64,000 bases of DNA from Camelus dromedarius (GCF_036321535.1 NC_087451.1:9424001-9488000); one strand, 5' to 3'. Positions 50,050-62,785 are shown, counted from the stretch's first letter. The notes: generated by a model from the letters alone, not told the origin. Numbers and translations: made by a program.

Positions 50050-51480
50050 GAAGTCTTTAACTTTCATGAAGCCCAGTTTATCTATTTACTTTATACTTTG
50101 TGCTTTTTGCGCTGCCTCTAAGAAATTATCGTCTTGCTCAAGTTCATAAATATTTTCTCCTACATTTTCTTCAACAGGTTTTATAGTTTTAGCTTTTGTG
50201 GTTGGGTCTATGATCTACTTCATTTTAAGTTAATTTTTACATATGATATGAAGTAAGGGTTGAGTTTCCTTTTTTTTTTTTTTTTTGCCGTATTATTCGA
50301 ATATCCCATTGTTCCAGCACTGTGTGTTGAAAAAATTCTTTTTCTCTATTGAATTATCTTGACACCTTTGCCAAAATTAATTGATAATTTATGTGAATTT
50401 CTATTTCTGGGCTTTCTTTTCTGTTTCCTTCACCTGTATGTCCATCCTTACGCCACTGTCTTCATCTATACAGCTGTCCTTACACCAATACCGCATCTTG
50501 ATTATTGTAGTATTTTAAGTCTTGAGGTCAAGGAGTGGAAGCAACTTTGTTCTTTTTTTTTTTTCAAAGTTGTTTTGGCTGTTTTAGATTCTTTCCACTT
50601 TTATACAGCTTGTCAATTTCTTTATTTAATAAAAGGAAAGAAAGAAAAAAGAAAGCCTGCTATAATTTTGATTGAGATTGCATTGAATCTATAGCTCAGT
50701 TTGGAAGAATTGGCACCTTAACAATACTAATTCTTCTGATCTGATCATGAGGAAGGTATATCTCTATTTATTTAGGTCATCTTTAACTCACTCATTAATG
50801 TCATGTAGTTTTAAGTATATAGATTTTGTATACATTTTGTTATATTTATTCTAAGTAGATTTTTGTAGGTTTATTATTCTACAAAATTTTGATGTCAACT
50901 AGGAGTGAAGGTTGTCTTGCTTCTTTTTTTCCAACGTATACGCCTTTATTTTCCTTGTCTTACTTCACTGGTTAGGATGCCTAGTACAATAGAAAAGGTA
51001 GAAATGGACATTCTTGCATTGTTTCTGATCTTAGGAGGAAGCGCTTTCTTCTTTATTCATTAAATGTAATGTTGGCTATAGGTTTTTGTAGATCCTCTTT
51101 ATCAGGTTGAAGAAGTTCCTTTATAATCATGAAAGTTTTTTTTTAAATCATAAATGTTGAAAATTGTCAAATGCTGCTTTATCTGTAACTATTGAGATGA
51201 CCATTTCCCCCTTTATTCTGTTGCATTAATGAATTGCATTGATGGGTGGTTGAATGCTATACTAACTTTGTTTTCCTGCAATAAGCCTTGCTTGATCATA
51301 TCTTATCCTGTTCGTTTATTGCCAGATTTTATTTGCTAACATTTTGTTTAGACATTTTGCCCCTATGTTCATGAGAGATATTGGGCAATAGCTTTCTTTT
51401 CTTGTAATGCCTTTTTTCTGGTTTTGGTATAAGGGCAATGCTAACCTAAAAAATGAAGCTAAGTTTTCATCAGTTATATG
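50050..51480 (-). mobile_element. Old L1 ORF2 fragment
   Basis: Antisense ORF2-like sequence; ORF track shows PISLMNIGAKCLNKMLAN (RT-domain PISLMN motif). Confidence 0.85.
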
Positions 51481-51809
51481 TAGGATTGATATAATTTCTT
51501 CCTTAAATATTTGGCAGACTATAACATTTAACATGATTTTTATTAAAGATTTTGGGATAAAAGAAATTATTAGGATGCAAAAAAAAAGAAAACATAAAAC
51601 TAGAAATTAGTTTTTCCATAGAGGATCGCCTCCTGATTATCTCCTGAAGTCTAGTCCTGTATCTATGTTGCAGAGACCAGCTCACCTTCAATCTGTGTCC
51701 CCTTCTCTTTGTACGTCAGGTCTTCTAATCTTCTCTGATGGAAGAGAAAAAAAATACACCTTATTTCTTTAGAGAAAATCCAAAGAGTTTAAATTTTTCT
51801 TACTAAAAA

Positions 51810-52060
51810 AAAACCTAACAAATTGGTTAATAAATACATCCATACAATGGAATACTATTCAGCAATAAAAAGTGAAGAACTACTTACTAATAGACATAAC
51901 AATGTGGATGAACCTCAGAATAATAAAGCTGAGTTAAAGAAGCCAGGTTTAAAAAAAAAAAAAAAGTTCATGGTGACAGTTCCATTTGTATAAATTCTAG
52001 AAAATGAAACCTAATCTGTAGTATCAGAAAGTGGACCAATAGTTGCCTGGGAATCGTAGG
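51810..52060 (+). mobile_element. L1MB-like 3' fragment
   Basis: catccatacaatggaatactattcagcaataaaaag...tggatgaacctcag...tagttgcctggg. Confidence 0.7.
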
Positions 52061-52303
52061 CCTGAAATAAATAGACATTCAAAAAATATTCACTGAACCT
52101 CTATTTCATGCAGTCTATTAAACAGTTGATATGTATTACCTCATTTAAAACTTTAATATCCCTTATTAGACATGCTGAAACTGAGATGGGAACACTGTTA
52201 ATGGTGAGGAAATTGAAGCTAATATTTTACCAAATGTCATACAATTAATAAGTAATAAAAGCCGAAACCTGAAGTTAGATCAGCCTTCTATCAAAGTCCT
52301 TAC

Positions 52304-53425
52304 TTTTTTTAAACATTTTTTATTGATTTATAATCATTTTACAATGTTGCGTCGAATTCCAGTGTTCAGCACAATTTTTCAGTCATACATGAGCATATAC
52401 ATATTCATTGTCACATTTTTTTCTCTGTGAGCTACCATAAGATCTTGTGTATATTTCCCTGTGCTATACAGTATAATCTTGTTTATCTAGTCTATAATTT
52501 TGAAATCCCGTCTATCCCTTCCCACCCTCCACCCCCTTGGCAGCCACAAGTTTGTATTCTATGTCTGAGTCTATTTCTGTTCTGTATTTACACTTTGTTT
52601 TTTTGTTTTTGTTTTTGTTTTTGTTTTTTAGATTCCACATATGAGCGATCTCATATGGTATTTTTCTTTCTCTTTCTGGCTTACTTCATTTAGAATGNNN
52701 NNNNNNNNNNNNNNNNNNNNNNNNNNNNNNNNNNNNNNNNNNNNNNNNNNNNNNNNNNNNNNNNNNNNNNNNNNNNNNNNNNNNNNNNNNNNNNNNNNNN
52801 NNNNNNNNNNNNNNNNNNNNNNNNNNNNNNNNNNNNNNNNNNNNNNNNNNNNNNNNNNNNNNNNNNNNNNNNNNNNNNNNNNNNNATCCTGAAGTAGGGT
52901 TCCTTCTGGATATAAGCCCAGGAGTGGGATTCCTGGGTCATATGGTAAGTCTACTCCTAGTCTTTTGAGGAATCTCCACACTGTCTTCCATAGTGGCTGC
53001 ACCAAACTGCATTCCTACCAGCAGTGTAGGAGGGTTCCCCTTTCTCCACAGCCTCTCCAGCATTTGCCATTTGTGGATNNNNNNNNNNNNNNNNNNNNNN
53101 NNNNNNNNNNNNNNNNNNNNNNNNNNNNNNNNNNNNNNNNNNNNNNNNNNNNNNNNNNNNNNNNNNNNNNNNNNNNNNNNNNNNNNNNNNNNNNNNNNNN
53201 NNNNNNNNNNNNNNNNNNNNNNNNNNCTTCTGCCCATTTTTGGATTGGGTTGTTTATTTTTTTTTCTTATTGAGTCGTATGAGCTGCTTATATATTCTGG
53301 AGATCAAGCCTTTGTCGGTTTCATTTGCAAAAATTTTCTCCCATTCCGTAGGTTGTCTTTTTGTTTTACTTATGGTTTCCTTTGCTGTGCAGAAGCTTGT
53401 AAGTTTCATTAGGTCCCACTTGTTT
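52304..53425 (-). mobile_element. Young camelid-type L1, 5'-truncated (ORF2 C-terminus plus 3' UTR)
   Basis: Minus-strand ORFs give [10 protein letters not shown]...[14 protein letters not shown]...ILNEVSQKEKEKYHM and [32 protein letters not shown]. Contains two N runs. Confidence 0.93.
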
Positions 53426-53869
53426 GATATAATTCTTAAAGCCACCATGATGATCTTGAGGTGGAAGAATGGAATGAAATCTAAGTGTATTATCTCAACC
53501 TATTGAGTTTTTCTGTGAAACTGGCTAACAAAGAATGCTCTCTAAAGAACATCCCAACATTAGCAACAAACTTCCCTTGTCGGTTCCCGTCCTAGGATTC
53601 TGGGTCTGTTTTACCTATCAAGCATTTTGTTCAACATTTGAATTCTTTTCTTTTCCAGTTCTATTCAGTGCAAAGATGCAGAGGGTACTGTTTCTATCAT
53701 TTTTCAAGACACTTTTAAGGGTGCTCTAGGGATTAAATGACATATTAGTAAAGTGACCAGCAAGAATTATATGACACACTCAGAGTAACTGAGAAGAGGT
53801 TAAGAATGGTTACAAGTCTTGTTAAATTTATTCCAAAGCACTTTCATCTTTTTAATGCCATGTATTTCT

Positions 53870-55900
53870 CATAGGGAAGGTCTGCTGTCAGATTCTCTCA
53901 GTTTCTGTTTATCTGTGAATGTCCTAATTTCACCTTCATTTTTGAAGTATTGTTCTGCTGGATAGAGAAATTCTTACTTGACAGTCTTTTTTCTTTCAGC
54001 ACTTTGAATGTGTCAGCCCACTTCCTTCTGGCCTCTTTGGTTTTCTGGTGAAGAATCAGCTATAAATCATTTTGAGGATTCCTTGTATGCCATGAGTTAT
54101 TTCTTGCTTGTTGTTTTCAAGATTTTCTCTTTGTCTTTAGGTTTTGACAGTTTAACTATTATGTATCTAGGTGTGAATCTTTTTTAATTCATCCTACTTT
54201 GATGTTCATTGAGATTCTTGGATGTGTAGGTTAATGTTTTTCATCAATTTTGGGAAGTTTTTGGCCATAATTTCATTAATATTTTTTCTCCCCCTCCTAC
54301 TCCTCCATCTTGGACTCCTGTTATATGTACACTGGAACACTTGATGGTTTTCCACAGNNNNNNNNNNNNNNNNNNNNNNNNNNNNNNNNNNNNNNNNNNN
54401 NNNNNNNNNNNNNNNNNNNNNNNNNNNNNNNNNNNNNNNNNNNNNNNNNNNNNNNNNNNNNNNNNNNNNNNNNNNNNNNNNNNNNNNNNNNNNNNNNNNN
54501 NNNNNNNNNNNNNNNNNNNNNNNNNNNNNNNNNNNNNNNNNNNNNNNTTGTTGTATAAATTCTACTTCTTTATTGATATTCTCTAATTGGTGCCACATTA
54601 TTCTCGTAATTTTCTTTATTTCTCTAGACATGATTTTCTTTAGTTTCTTGAACATATTTAAGATATCCAATTTAAAGTCTTTGGTAAGTTCAACATTTGG
54701 ACTTCTTTGGAGACAATAGTTACATGCTGCCTTATTTTTGGTGAATGGGACAGGGTTTTTTGTTTGTTTGTTTGTTTCTTTGTATATCATTTTTTTCTGT
54801 TGAAAATTAGGCATCTTAAATAATAAAATGTAGCAACCCCAGAAATCAGATTATCCCCTACCCTTATTGTTCATTGTTTAGTGATTTTTTTATATCTAAA
54901 CCTGTACAGTTTGTGTTTGTTGTCCTATGTGGCCACTGAAGTCTTAGCTTAGTGGTCAGCTAATGGTGGAACAAAAACTTCCTTGAAGACCTAGTACCAG
55001 TACGTCTCCCAGTCTTGGCAGAGGAGATCCACGTGTATGGTGGGGCATGTCTTCAGTACTCACCAGGCAGTTGACAGCTCTGCCTTAGTTTTCACTTCCT
55101 GTTTGCATAGAGCCTCAAAGTCAGACAGAGATGAGAGCTTAGGATCTTCTCAGGTATTTTATGAGAATGTTCCCAGCTCTGGGCATGCATGTGATCTGCT
55201 AGATCCCCAGGAATGTGTCAGAACTTTTCAAAATCCTCTATGGACATCTCATTCCCCAGTTTTTCCTTTTAAGCCTTTTGGTTAATGTATTGTTTGCCAC
55301 CACTCCTACTTACCACCTCAGGTAGCTGTGATATGAAGCAATTGCTGATGTTTACTTTTGACAGATGCCCCAAAGGAAAAGGTTATTTGTACTTGGTGAG
55401 CTCTGAGACAGGTCAAATAAATTTGCTTTTTGCCTTGTGAGTAGGTTCTTCTATGGAACTACCAGACATATCAAATAATGACAATTCCCTCAAAATGGAG
55501 TTTTAAAGAAGCTCCATCACCATTCTGCACCACCCAGTGGATGACAGGCTACTGTTTTGTACTATAAGTGTAGGCTCTTTGTCTTCAAGGCTGCCACAGA
55601 GCTGGGGAAGGTGAGAATCAAGCAAGTTAAAAACGCCACAAGTCTCACTGTTCTTACCAAATTCAGTTACTTTTCTTTTTTTTTTTTTTTTTAGCATTTT
55701 TTTAATTGAGTTATAGTCATTTTACAATGTTGTGTCAACTCATACACACAATTACTTCTCTTGAATAAACACTTCCTGGATTGCCACAAACCTTAATTTC
55801 CAGGGTTCTGGAAAAGTTAATTCTGACCATTTTTTGCTAGTGTTCTCATTGCTTTTATGGAGAAGAGGGTTTTCAGAGGACCATATTTTGCCATTCCCAC
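53870..55900 (-). mobile_element. Old L1 5' UTR plus ORF1 (L1M4/L1MC-type)
   Basis: ORF 54206-54814 contains KDFKLDILNMFKKLK...QLENINKEVE...EIMAKNFPKLMKNINLHIQESQ (L1 ORF1p-like). Confidence 0.85.
55676..55748 (-). mobile_element. Ultra-short young L1 3' end nested in an older L1 5' region
   Basis: Poly-T followed by aattgagttatagtcattttacaatgttgtgtcaa. Probable TSD cagttacttttc / caattacttctc. Confidence 0.75.
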
Positions 55901-57769
55901 TGTCATACAATTCTTTTGTTTTTAATATTTCTGTGAAATGTTTAATTAGGCATGCCACTTGTAAATGGCTATCTAAAAGTCTCAGTTGGGGAGTTTTGTC
56001 TTTTATTAGTAAAAGTAAACCCTTTGAATGTAGTGTGCTCACTGGTAATTCAGTTTTAACTGTACTACTTCATTTGACATTTCTATTTATTATGTTTCCT
56101 AATTTTGTTTCTTTTTATTTTTCAGTTATTTTTAGACTTATTTTTATTCCTCTCTCCTCTCTAATAGTTTGAAGTTCTACTTACTATTTCTGTTTTATCA
56201 TAAGTTACTGTAAACATACATATTAAAATATCTAAACTTAACTTTTATCAAAATAAAAACCAAGTAGTATGCTAAATTTATAAAAATCAAATTTCAAAAC
56301 AATGTTTAAAACAAACAAGAAAACTGTTTAAATTATTACAGTGTACTTTGATGTTTCTGGTTTGGCAGGAAGACTTGACATAACCTTAATAATTGCTGCT
56401 ATTTAAGTGGCTACTATGCACCAAACAGGACATACCTTTCATTTGTTCATTTCTTTAATCTTCACAACTCTGTAATAAATCTTTTCATATCTTATTAAAC
56501 AAGCTTAGAGACTTTAATTAAAGTGCCCAAAGTCATATAGATCATAGATAATAATATCGTGATTCAAGCTTGGATCTGACAAATTCCAGAGCCAAAGCTA
56601 CACTACTTCTGAAATGCTTGTCCCTTTCCATGGTAAAACTTAAGAACACTTTAGTTGGTAGGGGTGTACAAGTTTATGAGAACAGATAACAGAAAGTTGT
56701 CTTTCTCAGTATCTCTCATCAGAGAAAATTTTAAATATAGCAGAAGAAAAGAAAATACAATGATAAGTGAAATCTAGAAGAATAGAAACATGCTAATGAG
56801 TGGCCTGGAAGGACAGGACAGCTGGGACAGGATGAGAAGGAAGTCAGAGAGATAGAGAAAGCTGACCTCTTTTGAGTGAAGGGAGCAGATGGGAAATGAG
56901 CAAAGACAAAAGAGACCGTGTGGGTAGGTGTCATCAGTTAGAGAGCAAGTCACTGGAATTTGATCAATCGACAAGAATTTATTTACCGGACTCCTGGGCG
57001 CTGTGGGAGATACAAAAGAATGTAGTTATTTGGGGAACGATAATGATGTAGACAAGACAGATGGCTTGAACTGGGGCATTAGTGCTGAAGGCAGGAGGCA
57101 GAAAGGAGAGAGGAGGCAGAAAGAAAGAAGTAAAGGCAGTCCCCATGTGAGCTAGCTTGTACATCCCTCTGGAATTTCTGTGAGAATGGTTTAAGATATT
57201 GAGGGAACGCTATAGTTGCTGTTGAATCAGAGGTAAAATATCTGTAGATGGAAGGAGGAAGATGCCAAATCACCTACTCTTTCCATTTCTGCTTTTGTAT
57301 AAATTAAAAGATCATTAAAGATTTATGGAGACACACCCTCATGTACATACACACTACGGACAGTGCTGTTACATCATCCTTCCAAATGTAAATGCAGCTG
57401 TTTGGCTAAGACTGGGTAGGACCTGATGAACATGGCTAATATCTACTAGATGTGACCACCTCAGAAGGCACTAGAAAGTCTTTTTGTGTTGCAGAAAATT
57501 ACAAGCAAGACATAAAAGGTGCTTTAAGACATTCAACAGTGTAATGAAGATGGATCTCCATTTGTTAAAGTGCAAATAAGTCAAGATTAGTTGGTGCTAG
57601 TAGACACAGAACCCAATTCAGAGGCATGAGGAGGAAATGAGTTTTCTCAGTAGAGGCTTACTATATTATAGGTAATAGACTCTCATATGTGCATTCATTT
57701 ATTCGAAAGTATCTATTGAGTATCGTCTATAATAAAAATGATAGCTGTCAGGAGTCTTCCCATAGTCTA

Positions 57770-57920
57770 AGCTCTTTAAGTGCATTACCTCATCCAATCC
57801 TCACAACCATAGTATGTAGTTATTATTATCCCTATTTTATAAATGAGAAAAATGAGATTCAGACATGTTGAGTAACTTGCCTGAGATCGCATAGTCAATA
57901 GGTGGAAGAGGAGCTATTTA
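57770..57920 (-). mobile_element. MIR
   Basis: aatcctcacaacc...attatccctattttataaatgagaaaaatgag...agtaacttgcctgagatcgcatag. Confidence 0.72.
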
Positions 57921-58089
57921 TATCCTAATCTGTGATATATTTCTTGTACGCTGAAGTAGGCACATTTTAGGTGGTGGGGATTTAAAAATTAATACTTGAC
58001 AGTCCTTATTCTTAAGAAGCATATAGATTAGCTGGGAGACAGAAAGCCAAATAGTTGTAATGTGATAAAAAATATTTGCAGTAACAGAC

Positions 58090-58510
58090 AGGCAGTGAAT
58101 GAGTAAAGAAATACACAAGTTTGCCTGGGGGGTGTCAGAGACTACTTGAGCATCGACCTTAAGGATCAGTAATTATTTCCTAGGGGATGAAGTCACAGAC
58201 GGAATTTCAGTACATATAATGCAGTGCATACAAAGACCCAGAGGTAGGAAAGAGTTTGAACTATTTTGGAAACTCTAAGGAGGACAGAAAGACTGAAACA
58301 TAAAATGTAGAAGTACAGTAGCAGAGGAAGCTGGAGAGGCAAGCACTTGTATGTAAGGCTGAAGAATTTAGATTATATCCCTGTGAGAACTGGGGAATCA
58401 CTGCTGGCAGTCCTGTGAAGAGTTTGGTCATAAAAGAGATTCTACATGATTTTCTATCAAAGTCCAAAAGGCTATAAAAATTCAAGGACTGGAGATGACC
58501 TAAGGGTCAC
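58090..58510 (-). mobile_element. L2
   Basis: gcagtgcatacaaagacccagagg...ggctgaagaatttagattatatccctg...ggggaatcactg. Confidence 0.6.
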
Positions 58511-58853
58511 AGCGAAGTGGCAGTGGCAACATCACAAATGGAAGCCTCCACTGGAAATTTGAGGGCAGGTGATGGGAAGGCAGCAGTGTGCTCCGAAGTC
58601 CTGGGCCCAGTGCACCAGAGGCTGCACAAGAGGTGGAGACACTTTGCACATACCTGCCTTGGCCAGTTATGTCATTCATGCATTTGTCCATCCAATACAC
58701 ACATGCTAGGCAGCCATGGCCCTAGTAGCAGCAATATTTCAACAGCAATACCCAACATAATGGTGGATGGCTTTTGAAATACCATGGCTAATCTCCTGGA
58801 AACTGACTTCAGGTGTGACATTGGTGAGGCCCTGTTTAGACATTTGTGGAATA

Positions 58854-58889
58854 ATCACTTCTCGGCCCTTTGACTAAGATCAAATGTAG
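58854..58889 (+). pseudogene. 3'-truncated U2 snRNA retrocopy (U2 nt 1-36)
   Basis: atcacttctcggccctttgactaagatcaaatgtag matches U2 ATCGCTTCTCGGCCTTTTGGCTAAGATCAAGTGTAG at 32/36. Flanked by a perfect 17-bp direct repeat tagacatttgtggaata (58837-58853 and 58887-58903). Confidence 0.88.
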
Positions 58890-59299
58890 ACATTTGTGGA
58901 ATAGCACTCAAACACTACTTGGAGGATGTCAGTAGGAAGTGTCCTGGAGGACACGATCTGGAGTATCTAGGCTTAGCAGGGACAGGCCTGTGGGTACAAA
59001 TTCCCCAAACCTGTGGGCACCAAGATAGTTCACCAAATCTCGGACAACAGGCACAATTCAACACCTCAAGAGATGGAGGGTCTGCAGGGAACAACCACAC
59101 TCTCTTATACTCCCAACAAAAGACATGATCTAGAATACAGGGAGCAAAATCCCAATTGTATATATTCCCAAGAAGAACTGAACAGAGCCCCTGGGTTAGA
59201 GAGGGATAGAGACCAAACGATTTTGAGTAGAGGCTCAATCATACATATGCATGTATGTAAATGTACCTGATTATATAGTAAATAGATGATGTCATTCGA

Positions 59300-59430
59300 T
59301 TCTTGCCACCAATTAGCTATCTGGTCATAAACAAGCTGTGTCCCTTCTTGGGGTTTCAGCTTTCTCATCTATAACATGAAAAAGCTGGATCTGATGATCT
59401 CTAAGGTCCCTTCCAGCTATAATAGTTTAC
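59300..59430 (+). mobile_element. MIR3-like
   Basis: gggtttcagctttctcatctataacatg...gatgatctctaaggtcccttccagct. Confidence 0.65.
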
Positions 59431-59525
59431 AAGGATTCCAGCTGGTTACTGGAGATGATGAAATTCTTCATCAACTTATAATTATGTTGCGTAAGTGACA
59501 CAACATTCGATTTTCCTCCTCTTAG

Positions 59526-59727
59526 GAACAGCCGTGTGAAAATGACCCAACAGATGCAGAGTTTACATCTTTCTCAGTCAAAAAAACATAGCGCCCCATC
59601 GTCTCCCAATGCTGCCAAACGCCTTTACAGGAACCTCTCCGAGAAGCTGAAGGGGAGCCACTCTTCGTTTGATGAGGCCTATTTCAGATCAAGAACTGAC
59701 CGGCTGAGTCTCAGAAAGACCTCGGTG
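59526..59727 (+). CDS. ANKFN1: ANKFN1 internal coding exon (202 nt, phase 2-0)
   Basis: Acceptor ttttcctcctcttAG (59524-25) and donor GTAATT (59728). Translates (W)NSRVKMTQQMQSLHLSQSKKHSAPSSPNAAKRLYRNLSEKLKGSHSSFDEAYFRSRTDRLSLRKTSV, in frame with both neighbouring exons. Confidence 0.96.
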
Positions 59728-59972
59728 GTAATTAGGAATCTTTTCGTTCTTGTCTCAGTTTGATTTGTGCAGTTGGTGTTTGGCTTGAAGGAGATCCACG
59801 TTTACTCCAGATCCTGGCATCCGCAGGTTTATAAATGCAGAGAAAGTAAGGCAGGCACTGCAAATACACATGTTAGCCAAAGTTTAAGTGACTGAGACTG
59901 TCTCTTTCTTTTTCTTAATTGCTTTCTCTTTCTTTCCGCTTAGCTTTTCTTTCTCGAATAGACCAAAGAAAC

Positions 59973-59973
<1 letters not shown>

Positions 59974-60010
<37 letters not shown>
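59974..60010 (+). repeat. Pure A37 homopolymer
   Basis: Direct read; no recognisable retroelement body upstream. Confidence 0.9.
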
Positions 60011-60011
<1 letters not shown>

Positions 60012-60229
60012 CAGTTTGACAAAAATACGGGATATGAGATGAAATAGGATTAAACAGGCTTTCTGGGAGATCCAGTATTCATTCAAATGCTGAAAGAACA
60101 ATGAATAATATTTTATTTACTTATTTATGATGCATATCCCATATGCTTCCCAAAGGCATTCAAGGCAGAATCCTGGCACAAAAAAAAAATTCCTATGTAT
60201 TATATAATGAGAAATAAATAGACAGCAAT

Positions 60230-60360
60230 GTGGGGGACAGCAAGGGAGCAAGAAAGGGAAAAAGACAGAAAGAAGGAAAGGAGGGAGGGGGAGAGAGAGG
60301 AAGGAAGGGCAAAAAAACTAGAAAAAGAAAAGAGTGGGAATAGAGAGAGAAATAGATATA
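60230..60360. repeat. GA-rich low-complexity tract
   Basis: aagaaagggaaaaagacagaaagaaggaaaggagggagggggagagagagg... Confidence 0.8.
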
Positions 60361-62010
60361 CCAAAAACCTAGGCAAATACAGCACCTAAAATTTGTCATT
60401 GTGTTTCTCTCTGAGTTCCTAGTCAGTCAAAGCAGAAAGGGAAAGCACTCTTGGCGAAAGCATCCCATGAGCTAATAACTGAAAGTGCACCAGTCTCTCA
60501 GGAGAAATGAGTGTTCTCCTGTTGCCAGGTCCCCTGGCCCTGAGATCACAGTGAATTATGTACCAGAGTAAAGCACAGTGTTGGTGATGCTAAGCACCTT
60601 CTCACAGAGTCGTTTCTCATATTGGCCCTCAGTAAAAGCTGAGGGCATGATAGTCATGTGCTCCTCAAGGGTACTTCTGCAGGGAGTAATGGCACCATTG
60701 GTTTGAGCTTGAAACAGAAATGAGCCCTAGCCTTTCCAGACAGAAGGATCCTAGAGTTTGTCAGCAAAAGCGTGGAGAAGGAAATGACTTAACGAGTGAG
60801 AACAAAGATGGCACATGAGAAATTCGACCTACTAAGAATCAGACAAATACACAACTGTACTGTTTGGACAGGGCAGCTTTTTAACCTTGCACTCACTTGT
60901 TTTCGAATTTGTTTCCTCGTTTCAAGCCCATCTTCCAGAGGGCTTGGTTGTGGCTGAGTTACAATCTAAGCATTGGAGGCTGTTCCACTGGGGAGATTGT
61001 TGACAGAACACTTTTCCACTCAGCCGACTGCCCGACTGCCGTGGAGCATAGAGACCTGCATACCAAATAGCTCCAGCCGCTGGGTCCCCATTGTCACAAC
61101 GAGCATTTGCATAATAGCTTTGTATTTTCCTCAAATTTCATTCTTGTGTTATGTACTCAGCTGAGCTGGCCTGCAGCCTTGGAAAGGGAGAACTGATTTT
61201 TGATGAGGCTGAAAAGAAAACCTGCCAACCTAAATATTTGGTTACTGAAGACCTTCCACATTTTAATCAGGCAACCCCTATGCTAGGTCAGGACCGTTGG
61301 TATTTCAACATTTTTAAACACCAGGCAGCTCCCGGAGAAGATACCAGATAGATGTATGACTAGCATATGTGTTGCTCTTCTCCCAGGAGCTACAGAAATA
61401 TGTATTTGAGAGAATTCTAGAGCTTTTCTCTTTTGTTTACTATTAATCCTCTGAAAGAACGTTTCAAAGGAACCACATTGTCTTTAGCTATTTTTTTCTA
61501 TAGGTGATTTATAGCCTATGAGTATTCACCTTTTGGCCCCCTCAGGCCCCAAAGAAATTTGCCCCCCCCCACCACCACCACCACTGAAACACTCCTTGGG
61601 TACCACCACTTGAACCCCTCACCTGAGGGCTCAGAAACGCCACGTATTCAGTGGCTGGAGCTCTGGGTTGAGAAAGTGGAGAGGTTATCACAGAGGAGGC
61701 TAGGAGTTGGGGAGTCAGCCTGTAGGCAGTGTGGACCTATTAGAGATCTATAAATAGGGTAGGGACATGTGACATTGTAAATTTAAGAAAGAATACTTTT
61801 GTAGCAGTATGGGGAAGACATGGAGGAGACTAAGACTGGCAAGAGGTAGGTCACTGCCATGGTCCAGAGAAGAGATGGTAACAGTCTGAGCAATAGTATA
61901 GACATGGGGATGGGGAGGGAGGGGTGAGTCTGAGAGAAACAGAGAAAGCATATGTCCTCCCAGGTCCAAGCCAGTCATAATTCAAAACCACCTGCACTGT
62001 GCTATCTATG

Positions 62011-62320
62011 CCAGCATTTCCCAAACTGTATTCTGCAGAACATTATTCCAGAGCAGTTAAATACAATGAAAAAATACGTTCTGGGAAAAATACTTGAAAG
62101 AGGTTGTATTTCTCACCTACTGGAGAGTCATAATTGCATGTTAATTAGTAAAGGCCTTGAGATGTCTTACAGTAAAATAATGCAGTACCTTGGTTACACT
62201 GAGTTACAGTTTAATCCAATGTTTACCACATTCATTTGACCACATGCTACTTTCTTCATAGAACACCTTTTAATGACCCATCGAACAGTATGCTACAGAA
62301 GACTGGTTTGAGAAAAACTG
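62011..62320. mobile_element. hAT-Charlie MITE (MER113-like)
   Basis: cagcatttcccaaactgtattctgcagaaca...ctggagagtcataattgca...tttaatccaatgtttaccac...gtttgagaaaaactg. Confidence 0.6.
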
Positions 62321-62548
62321 ATGTTTGCTCTAATCTATAGATTGTGTACTGTATTGTCTCAATGCATATAAATGGACAGATCTTTCCAATGCTCATTAGA
62401 AATGATGGAGGGAGGGTCCAACAGGGTTTACTTTGGATACCTTGGAATAAATAGCAGTTATCCCACTTTTAAGTGGGAATGCAGTCACTGAAAAGGTCTC
62501 GAAATTCAAAACAGCTAGGTCACAAAGACAAGCTGGTCTGCGACATTG

Positions 62549-62555
62549 TACTAAC
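62549..62555 (+). promoter_or_regulatory. Branch point (perfect TACTAAC) for the 62575 exon
   Basis: TACTAAC ends 19 nt upstream of the exon start and is followed by a polypyrimidine tract. Confidence 0.65.
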
Positions 62556-62574
62556 CTGCTTTGTTCTCCTGTAG

Positions 62575-62785
62575 AACTTCCAGGGCAATGAAGCCATGTT
62601 TGAGGCCGTGGAGCAGCAGGACATGGATGCTGTGCAGATCCTCCTGTATCAGTACACACCAGAAGAGCTGGACCTCAACACACCCAACAGTGAGGGGCTG
62701 ACACCTCTGGACATTGCCATCATGACCAACAATGTGCCCATTGCTAGGATTCTTCTGAGGACAGGGGCCCGAGAAAGTCCACACT
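62575..62785 (+). CDS. ANKFN1: ANKFN1 internal coding exon (211 nt, phase 0-1), ankyrin repeats
   Basis: Acceptor ttgttctcctgtAG (62573-74) and donor GTAAGT (62786). Translates NFQGNEAMFEAVEQQDMDAVQILLYQYTPEELDLNTPNSEGLTPLDIAIMTNNVPIARILLRTGARESPH, with an ankyrin G-x-TPL-x-x-A motif. Confidence 0.97.

Noticed and set aside
4042-54586. ORFs containing X runs
   Set aside because: Artefacts of reading through N runs, except where they reflect L1 ORF1/ORF2 as already listed.
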